NCBI GenBank assembly: GCA_020184695.1
Contig: JAANOX010000186.1
Span: 16,645 to 80,644 of the forward strand
Source of the DNA: Histomonas meleagridis 2922-C6/04-290x
Taxonomy: Eukaryota; Protista; Parabasalia
Direction: 5' to 3'
DNA length: 64,000 nucleotides
The notes under the pieces are model-generated. The model saw only the letters and a list, made by a program, of their open reading frames with translations. It was not told where the DNA came from and did no database searches. Below are positions 30,551 through 42,500 of the stretch, piece after piece. How positions within the stretch are numbered: the stretch's first letter is position 1; every line of letters starts with the position of its first letter. Made by a program: the position numbers and the translations under genes.

Positions 30551-33500
30551 ATGATGAAACAGGAAGCACTTTTCAATGATGAAAGATTAGAATGGATAAA
30601 GAATCAACTGGTTCTTGGTCTTGACCTTAATGGCGTTCCTAATGAACAACTTGTTGAAGTGCTAACAAAATATGAACTTGCTGATTTCCTCAATGGTAAG
30701 ACAAATAACACTGCAGTTGTTTTTGTTGCAATAGATAAAATCAAAGAAATGGAAGTTGAAGAAGATCAACAAGAAGAAGAAGAGGAGGAAGAAGATGTGC
30801 AATCAATTATACAAGAAGATCCTCAAGAATATTCAACAGAACAAAACAATGCAAAAGAAGAAACAACTGAAGAAACCACAGAAGAAACTCCAGAAAAAAA
30901 TGAAAACAATGATCAAGCTTCACAAATAAATGAGGAAGAAGAACAAAAAAATGAGGAAAAAACTGAAGAGGAAGAGAAGAAAGAAGTTATTACACATGTT
31001 ATTGATCTAGCTTTTTATTTTGACAATATTCCATCTATTCCACAAAATTCACGTGTAATGGCTTTTTATTCTTTACTTGGACCACGCAAACCTATTCCGC
31101 GTGATCGCAACAAAATCGGTGGTTGTTTTTCATTTCAAGTTATACCAGGTAATTGTCTTGAAGGATTATCAGATTGTTTGAACAATGTTTATACACCGAT
31201 TTTTTCAGAGCATTGTGATTCACCTCCAGAGCGCCCTGATTCAGATCCATTATCGTCTGGAATTGATGATGATTTTTTATCAGTATTTCAAAAATTTGTC
31301 GATGAAATTAATCATTCAGTCCGAAAAATTCGCACTGTTCATGACATTACATTTCCGGAAACAATTCCAGGGGATCCAGAAGAACTTGCCAAGAATGAAG
31401 AATATGTATCAAAACTTGAACAAGGCTTAGATCAATTCACATCATTAATTTCAAGGACCATTGATAAGTTAACTAAACAAGGACATGAATCATCTGGTCC
31501 ATTAGCTGAAGTTGAATTATGGCGTTCACGATATATTGTTTCATCATCTTTATTAGAACAACTTAAATCACCGAAATTACCCGAATATGTGAAAGTTCTT
31601 GATCTAATTAATTCACAAAGTTTAACTAATTTTAATGCTCAATTTGAAGATTTAGATCGATATGTTAAAGAAGCTAAAAGTAATGTTGACTTTTTGTCAT
31701 TACTTGAACGACATTTTCGAAATCTTCAAACATGTCCATTACAAACAATTTATAATTCTTTATCATCTATTATGGATAATTTACGATTAATATGGATAAC
31801 ATCAAATTATTATAACACCGAAAGTTTAATGGCGCCATTAATTGAAAGGATATCACATCAATTAAGTGATCGAGTTCAACAAGAAATATCCACTGAAATA
31901 TTACGTGGTAATTTAGAAGAAGCTATTCAACAAACTGAAACAGCTTATAATGTATTAACTCGTTGGCACGATCGATTTAATGAAGTTCGATTATTAATTG
32001 AGAAAAGTACACATATTCCACGATGGGATTTTGAGCAGTCGCGTTTATTTGAGCGGCCATTATATATAGCAGATCGATGTCGAGAACTTAAACAAATTGC
32101 AGAGAAACTGAATGAACTTTATTTAATATTAGGACCTGAACTTAAATCAGTTACAAATAATCCGCATGTAATTGATGAAATTAGAGCACAAGTTGATGAT
32201 TTAATTACACCATTATCACCATTACCATTTGATATCTTTGATAAACGATTTAGAGCTCCTTGGGAAACAGTGTTTAATCGATTTTTAGGTGCTGCATTAA
32301 AGATACAAGAACAATTAAGTGGATTAATTAATACTTCATTTAAAGATTTAAGAAGTAGTGAAGCAGGATTAGATTTATTAGATAGATTTAAGAAGATTCA
32401 ACTTGCCGGTGAAATGAAAGATCAAATGGATGGGAAATATTCCGATGTATTAGCTAAATATTCCGAAGAAGTTACTGAGATAGAAAAAATTTATAAAGAA
32501 CAAAGATTAAACCCACCAATATTATCACATCATCCACCAGTTACTGGACGTATCTCTTGGGCTCGATCATTATTTATTAGGATGAAAAAGCCAATGCTTC
32601 GATTAAGAACACATCCACAAATTACAGAAAACCCAAATTTCGAAAGTGTTAAACAACATTATGCAGAAGTTGCGAAATTAATTGATAAACAAAATATGCA
32701 ATTATTTCAAGAATGGAGTTCTAAAACAGAATCAATATCGAATAATGCATTAGAGAAACCTATTTTAAAATCAATTAAAATTACATTATATGGCGTAACG
32801 ATTAATCAACATTCCGTAAATTTTGATCCTGATTTACAACAATTAATTAATGAAGGTAAACATCTTGAACGAATGGGTTATACATTATCATCAGATGTTA
32901 TTAATGTATTATTACAATATCCGCATTATATGAAACTTCAAAGATCACTTGAATCTTTATTAAATGATTGGAATAATACATTAAACTCATTAAATTCCGA
33001 TGAAATTCCAATTTTAATTGGTTGTATGAGAAGTGTCGAAGAAGTATTTTCGGATGGTACTACATATTTAAATTGGAATTCATTAGGTGTAAATGATTTC
33101 TTAACAAGATGTCAACATGCAATTCATCAATTTAAGAGTGCTGCTAATTCTGTTTTATCAAATGTCCAAAAAATTAATAAATCGATAAAGTTTATAGGTG
33201 ATTGTATTACAATACCATCAAAAATACCTTCAAACATCGATTCGATATTTGATTTTTCGGATTATATAATAAATTATCATAAACAAAAACAAAAAGAAAT
33301 CCTTTCACAATATTTAGATATACCACCACAATTACGTATTATTGAAGGGAATTGTTTAAGTATACCAACAAAGCAACAAAATTTAATACAAAAGAATTTA
33401 TCCGAATATTATTTATTATGGGAAAAAAGATTATTAAATGCTATGACTCGTTCTACTTTATTATCATTAATACAATTACAATTACTTATGGAAATTCCTC

Positions 33501-36500
33501 AATTTCAAATCGTTGCAAGATTAACTCCACCGAATATATCTTATAATCCAACATTTGAAATAATATATAAAATATTTAATAAATTAATAAAATTAATTTT
33601 AACAACTTCGAATAATTGTATTAAATGGAAAAAAGGTACATGTATTATACCTTTACAACAAAATAATAACAATAATGAAGAAAATGAAGAAGAATTATTA
33701 AACTTTGGTAATGATGTAATTGAATGTGAAAAAGTTAAATCTTTATCAAATGATTTACAAAATAAAATCGAAAATTTAATCAAAGAAATTGAAGAGAAAT
33801 CAAAAATTTTCGACTTTTATAAAAATATTTGGTTAGATGATAAGAAAGCTATAGTTGAAAACTTTAAGCAACAAAATCCTTCAATTGCTGAATATGATTC
33901 TAAATTTTCATATTATAAGAATTTATATGAAGAAATATCAGAATTACCAACAAATATTAATATAATGTTTACTAAAATTGATTATAAACCTATAATTGAT
34001 TCATTAAAATCAGAATGTAATCAATATTTAGTAACTTATGGTAATGCATTATCAGAACAATTACTTGAAAATGTTAAAAATATGGACAATGAATTAAATA
34101 AATATCAAACAAATATGAAACATGAAATTAAAGAAAGAGAAGATATTGAATTTGTATTACAAGTTATTAATACTGCTAAAGATTCATCAGTACAAATGGA
34201 AAGAGATATGTATGAAATTAATGAAAGTTCACGTACATTAAAAATTTTTGGTTTAACACAACCTGAAGGAACTGCAAAATTAATTCCTACATTTAAAGAA
34301 AGATGGAATAATATTATGGATGAAAGTTCTAAACTTGATATCTCATTACAACATACTAAAGAACAATTTAAAGAATATACAATTAATGAAGTTCAAGAAT
34401 TTAAAAAAGAAGTTCAACAATTTTTGGAGAAATTCGAAAAAGAAGGACCAGGAAATCCTAATACACCAATGGAGAAAGGTTTGGATTTAGTATTAAAATA
34501 TCGGAAAGAATTAAAAGAATATTGTCAACGTAGAGATGATTTTCATATAGCAGAAAAATTATTTGGAATTCCTTTAACTTCATTTCCTCAATTACAAATT
34601 ATTGAGACATCATTAAATTCTTATCAACAAATTTATCAATTATATGATAATCAAGAAAAGACTATGAATGAATGGGCTTCAATGTTATGGTCTGAAGTAG
34701 ATGTTAATATGTTAATTAATGGAATCGATGGATTTGAAATGTCTTTACGAAAACTTCCACATGAATTAAGAGGTTTGCCTCCATATGAATATCTTAAGAA
34801 AAAGATTTCGACTTTTAAAGAAAGTTTACCTTTGTTTCAAGATCTTAAGAATGAAGCATTACGTGAACGACATTGGAATGAAATGATGGTAAAAGCAGGC
34901 GCAGGAATTGATTTCCAACCTAATGCAGTTACATTAGCTAATATCTTTAAGATGAATTTATTACAATATGCTGATGTCATTAATGAAGTTACTAATACTG
35001 CTACAAAAGAATTAATTATTGAAAAAGGTATTCAAGAAATATCAGATGTATGGAATAAAATGAGATTTACAGTAATACCTTATAAACGAAATCCTTATTC
35101 TAATGAAGAAAGAGGTTATATATTATCAGGTATTGAAGATATTTTGACGACATTAGATGATAATAAAATGAAATTACAATCATTAAGTTCATCACGATTT
35201 GTTACATATTTCCAAAAATCTGTACATGAATGGGAAATTATTTTATCGAAAATTGGTGACTTAATAAATATTTGGTTACAAGTACAATTAAAATGGATGT
35301 ATTTAGAATCCATTTTCATAGGATCAGAAGATATTAAACAACAATTACCTGAAGAAGCTAATGAATTTGCTAATATTGATTTAATATGGAATAGATTAAT
35401 GCAAGATACACGTAAAAACACTTTAATTATTTCTGCTGTTAAAACGCCAGATAAGTTAAATACATTACAAAATTTTGCAATTAGATTAGATAAATGTCAA
35501 AGATCTTTATCCGAATATTTAGAAACAAAAAGAATTGCATTCCCAAGATTCTTCTTTATATCAGATGATGAATTATTATCTATTTTAGGATCAGGAGATC
35601 CTTCATCAGTTCAACAACATATGATAAAATTATTTGAAAATTGTGAATCATTAATCTTTAAGAATCAACGTAATACTTATAATGTAATTGGAATGACATC
35701 ATGTGAAAAAGAATCATTTAATTTTAAGAATAATATATTAGCTGAAGGTGCAGTTGAAGAATGGATGTTAAATGTTGAACATGAAATGCAAAAAACTTTA
35801 TATCAAATTATGAAAGAAGCAGTAATATCATATGTAAAAATGCCTCGAACAGAATGGATTCAACAATATATAGGTATGGTAGTATTAATGGTATCACAAA
35901 TTTGGTGGACTTATGAAGTAGAAGAATCATTTAGACAAGTTCGATCAGGTAATAAATTAGCGATGAAAGAAATGAGAACAAAAATGATAAATCAAATTAA
36001 TGATATTGTAAAATTAATTAGATCAAATCTTGATAAATTAACACGGAAGAAAATTAATACTTTAATCATTATCGATGTACATGAACGTGATTTAGTTGAT
36101 GGTTTTGTTCGTGATTCTATTTTAGATTCACATGAATTCCAATGGGAAAGTCAATTAAGATATTATTGGGATCATTCACAAGATGACGTATTAATACGTC
36201 AATGTACTGGTTCATTTCAATGTGGTTATGAATATATGGGGTTAAATGGTAGACTTGTCATTACTCCATTAACTGATAGATGTATTATGACTTTGACTCA
36301 AGCTTTATCAATGGGTTTTGGTGGTTCACCTGCTGGACCTGCAGGAACAGGTAAAACTGAAACTGTAAAAGATTTAGCTAAAGCTATGTGTCGATTATGT
36401 AATGTCTTTAATTGTGGCGAAGGTTTAGATCATAAAGCTATGGCTAGAATCTTTTCCGGTTTAGTTCAAACTGGTGGTTGGGGATGTTTTGATGAATTTA

Positions 36501-39500
36501 ATCGTATTGAACCCGAAGTTTTATCTGTAATTTCTGGTCATATACGTATTATTCAATCAGCTTTTAAAGCTGGTGCACGACAATTTGTATTTGATGGTCG
36601 AAAAATCCCATTAAATCCTGGATTCGGTATCTTTGTTACTATGAATCCTGGTTATGCAGGACGTTCTGAATTGCCGGATAACTTAAAGGCTATGTTTCGA
36701 CCTGTCGTTATGGTTGTACCTAATACCGATTTGATATGTGAAGTTATGTTATTTTCGGAAGGTTTTGAAACTAATACACATATATTATCTAAGAAAATGA
36801 TCACTATTTATTCTATGGCTTCTGGTCAATTATCGAAACAACATCATTATGATTGGGGTTTACGTGCAATTAAATCTGTTCTAGCTAGAGCAGGAGAACT
36901 TAAACGATTAAATCCTAATTTATCCGAAGAAGTTGTTTTGATGACAGCTATTCGAGATATGAATATGCCCAAATTTACTTATGAAGATACTCCATTATTT
37001 TTAGGCTTATTAAATGATTTATTCCCTGATATTGAATTAGAAAATATCCATAAAAATGTTTTGTCAGAAAAAATAGAAGAAATTTATAATGAAATGGGTT
37101 ATTCAAAAGTACCTACGCAAATGGAAAAAATACTTCAATTACATGAAACTATGAATGCACGTCATACAACTATGGTTGTAGGTGGTACAGGTGGTGGTAA
37201 ATCAGTAATTATCGATGTATTAGCTAAAGCACAAACAAGAATTGGTATCTTAACACGATTATTCACATTAAATCCTAAAGCTTATACAGTATCCGAATTA
37301 TATGGTGTATTAGATCCGACTACAAGAGATTGGAAATGGGGCTTATTCTCTAAAATATTTAAAGATATTAATCAACAAACTGAAAAGAAAGAAGCTCGTT
37401 ATATAGTATTTGATGGTGATGTAGATGCTGTTTGGGTCGAAAATATGAACTCTGTTATGGATGATAATAAGTTATTAACATTAGCTAATTCAGAAAGAAT
37501 TAGATTATTACCTCATTGTGCTTTATTATTTGAAGTCGGAGATTTACAATATGCGTCTCCTGCAACTATATCACGTTGTGGTATGGTTTATATGGATCCT
37601 CGAAATTTAGGTTGTGTTCCTTATTATGAAAGATGGTTAATACAAAAGAATCGACCTGAAAACACAATATTGAAAGGTTTATTCGAACGATATGTTAATT
37701 CTTGTGTTAATTTTATTAATGGTAAAGTTAATGATAATTTAACTTCAACTCCTTTAGAAACGATTATACCTATAACTTCTATATCAATGGTTAAACAATT
37801 ATGTTCATTCTTAGATGCTTTATTGCCTGAAGAAGAAATTAAAGATACAGAAATATTAGAATCATTATTTATATTTAGTATTATTTGGTCTTTTGGTGGT
37901 ACTTTAACTACTGAATCTATGATAAAATTTGATCAATTTATTAAAAAATTATCAAATTGGGTAATTATAGATACACCTGGAAAATTTGCTAAAGCTGGAC
38001 AATTACCAGGTATTGATAATACTACATTATATGAATATGAATTTAATATACAAAAACAACAATGGATACCTTGGAATATTAAAATTAATGATTATGAAAT
38101 CCCATTAAATATACAATTTAATCAAATTATTATCCCAACAATTGATACTATACGTAATCAATATATATTAGAAAAAATTGTTAATAAATCAAATCAACCA
38201 ATTTTATTCATAGGTAAAAGTGGTACAGCAAAAACTTCTACAATACAAAACTTTTTAAGTTCTTTTGATCCGAATGATTATTTAACTAAAACATTAAACT
38301 TTTCTAATTGTACTACTTCAATGGATGTCCAAACTTCTATTGAAGAATCATTAGATAATCCTACAAAAGATACATCAGTACCTCAAGGAGGTAAAAACAT
38401 GATATTATTTATTGATGATATTAATATGCCAACAGTAGATAAATATGGTACACAACAACCTATAGCTTTATTAAAGCTTTTAATCGAACGAAATGGAATG
38501 TATGATCGAAAAGGAGATTTAACTTGGAAACAAGTACAAAAAATTTCGTATATTTCTGCAATGGCACCACCAGGAGGTTCTCGAGCTTTATTAGATCCAC
38601 GATTTGTTTCATTATTTAATGTATTTCATATTGTACCACCATCAGATGAATCTTTACATCATATATTTAATACTATTTTAAAGAATCATATTAAGAATTT
38701 CTCGGATGAAATTCAACAAATTTATCCAAAAATTACTGATTCAACTTTAATATTCTTTAATGATATTGTTACTAAATTACCACCAACACCTTCAAAGTTC
38801 CATTATTTATTTAACTTAAGAGATTTATCAAGAGTTTTCGAAGGTATATGTAAATCTACACCTTCTAAATTTAATACTTTAGGTAAATTTATAAAATTAT
38901 GGAGAAATGAATGTTTAAGAGTATTTCATGATCGATTAATTAATGAAAATGATCGGAAATTTGTAATCGATAAAATCGAAACATTAATTAATGATAATTT
39001 TAATAATGTTAAAGATGAAGCTATACAAAACCCAAGTTTATTTGGTGATTTTATTGTAGAAAGTGGTAGTGATGGACCATATTTATATCAAGATTTAATT
39101 AGTTATGAAAATCTGAAACAACATTTTGTAGAAATAATTGAAGATTATTCAATATCTAAGAAAGTGAAATCGAATATAGTATTATTTGATTATGTTATTG
39201 AACATTTAACACGTATATTGCGTATTATTAAAACTCCACGTGGTAATGCTTTATTAATAGGAATTGGAGGTAGTGGTAAAAAATCATTAACAAAATTAGC
39301 TGCTTATACAGTAGGATATGAAATATTTGAAATTACTTTAACTAGAACTTATAATATAAATGATTTTAAAGATGATTTAAAGAAACTTTATCATTTAGTA
39401 GGTATTGAACGTAAACAAGTTGTGTTTTTATTCTCAGATAACCATATTATCTCTGAAACATTTTTAGAATTAATTAATAACATGTTAACTAATGGAATTA

Positions 39501-42500
39501 TTCCAGGATTATTTACACAAGAAGATAAAAATGATATCATGCCACATGTATCAGAAGATGTAATTCGAAAAGGTTTAATAGAAACACCTGAAAATTGTTG
39601 GAAAGTATTCATAGATAGATGTAGAGATAATTTACATATTGTTTTATGTTTCTCTCCTTCTGGTGATAATCTTCGAAGAAGATGTCGAGATTTCCCAGGA
39701 TTAGTTAATAATACTGTCATTGATTGGTTTGATCCATGGCCTAATGAAGCATTATTTGAAGTATCAAAATATTTCTTAGAACAATTAGAAAACGACACGA
39801 CAAATGTTAATTCAAATCAAATCATTCCAAAAGATATTTTCGAACAAGTAATTAATCATATGGTATTTGCACATCAACAATGTGTTAAATATTCAATTGA
39901 ATTCTCGACTATTTATAGAAGATATGTACATATTACACCTACGAATTTTTTGGATTATATTTCTACTTTTATTAAATTATTAAAAGATAAAAAACAATAT
40001 ATAGAACAACAACTTCAAATATTATCTGATGGTTTAAAGAGACTTGTATCAGCTTCAAAAGAAGTTGAAGAATTAGATGCCAGATTTAAGATACAACAAA
40101 AGAATTTAACATATAAAGAATTCGAAAATAATAAATTAATGAGAGAACAAACTGAAAGAAAAGTATTAACAGAACAAAAAATGCAAGAAGCTTCAATTAA
40201 AGAACAAGAAATTAAAGAAAACTTAGAACATATTAAAGTTGCAAAAATAGCAGCAGAAAATGCATTAGAAGAAGCTAAACCTATACATGAGAAAGCTAAA
40301 CAAGCAGTTTCTAAAATCGATTTAGGGGAATATGCTAAGTTTAAATCAATGGCTTCACCACCAGAGATTAGTACTGAAATTGGTAAATTAATATGTGCAT
40401 TCTTTAATGAAACGGAAGGAGAAGAAAGTTGGTCAAATGCACGTAAATATATGGCGAAGCCATCATTTTTAAATGATATGAAAGAATTTAATGTACGAGA
40501 GAAATGTACTAATGATCGTAAAATGAAAAGAATTCAACAATATATTAAATCATTAGAATCTAGATCAAATGAAATCCAAAGAGCAGGAAATTCTGCTCGA
40601 ATTATATTCGAATGGTGTCAAAACATATATGCATATTATGAAATTGATAAAAATGTTAAACCTAAAGAACAATTAGTAGATAAAATGGAAAATGAACAAA
40701 AGAAATCACAAAATGATTTCATACGAATTAAAAAGGAATTACAAGAATTACAAGAAGAACAAAATAAAGTTACTCTTAAATTAAAACAAGGTCAACAAGA
40801 ACAAGAAGAATTAAAACGTCAAAAAGATCAATTAGAACAACGTTTATTAGCAGCACAAAAATTAATTTCTGGATTTTCTTCTGAGAAAATTCGTTGGACT
40901 GAAGATAAAGAGAATTTACAAAAACTTTTGAATTATTTAATTGGTGATTGTTTATTATCATCAATCTTTTTAAGTTATTTAGGACCTTTAAATCATGAAT
41001 ATCGTAATAAGATTTTATTTGATATCTTAAAGAAAGATTTAATTGATAGAAATATCCCAATTAATAATAACTTTAATTTAGGTTTATTCTTATCAGATGA
41101 AGCTGAAATTTTTGGTTGGAAAGGTGAAGGTTTACCTGCGGATGAATTAAGTATACAAAATGGTTTATTAATTACACGATCGAATAAATTCCCATTATGT
41201 ATCGATCCTCAATTACAAGTTGTACATTGGATTAAACAACATATTGGTGAGAAACAATTAAAAATTACTAATTTCCAAGATCCTGAATTTTCACGAATAT
41301 TAGAAAATGCAATACAATATGGATTAATAGTCTTATTTGAAGGAATTGATGAATTTATAGATCCTATATTAACACCATTATTAGAAAAGAATATTATATC
41401 ACAAGGATCGAGAAAATTCATTAAATTTAATGATAAAGAATTAGATTATGATGAAAACTTCAAAATATTTTTAACTACAAAACTTTCATCACCGAATTAT
41501 TCACCTGAAATATCATCGAAAGTTACATTAATTAATTGTTGTGTAACAGAGAAAGGTTTACAAGAACAATTATTAGATATAACAATTTCTAATGAACATA
41601 AAGAATTACATGAACAAAAGAATTCATTAGTTAAAGAAACTTCTGATATGAAAAGAAGACTTCAAACATTACAAAAGACTTTATTAAAATTATTATCAGA
41701 ATCTACTGGTTATATTACTGATAATGATCAATTATTAGCAACGTTAGAAGAAACTAAAAATGAAGCTACAACAATTACATCTAAACTTGATACAGCACAA
41801 AAGACTACAATTGAATTAGATAATTTATGTAATGAATTTTTACCTGTTGCTAAACGTGGTTCAATATTATTCTTTAGTATGAATAACTTAAATTTAATCA
41901 ACTCAATGTATGAATATTCATTATCTTCATTTAGTGAAGTATTTATTAGTTCATTAAAACGTGCTGCACCTACACCTGTAATATCAAAGCGAATTCAAAA
42001 CATTATTTCAGTATTGACGCACGATGTCTTTGAATATGTTTTGAAGGGATTATTCGAACGTCATAAATTAATGTATGCATTTCATATGACTTTATGTATC
42101 AAAAGAGAAGAAGGAAAAATTAATTCAACAATATTAGATTTCATACTTAAAGGGAATATATCATTAGAAAAAAGTAATGAACAAAATCCATTTCCGAAAT
42201 GGTTACCAGAACAAAGTTGGGAAAACATTAATAAGTTAATAACAATTGATGAAAACTTCAAAAACTTAAAAGAAGATTTAATTGAAAATGAAGAAATTTG
42301 GCATGAATACTTTAATGAAGCTACACCAGAAACTACAAAATTACCATTAAATTATGAAACAACATTAGATGACTTATCAAAGATGTGTATTTTGCGATGT
42401 TTTCGACCTGATCGATTATTTTTATCAGCACGAAATTATATCATTGAAAATATGGGTGAAAGTTATTCTAAATTCCCGATAATTAATTATCAAGCATTAT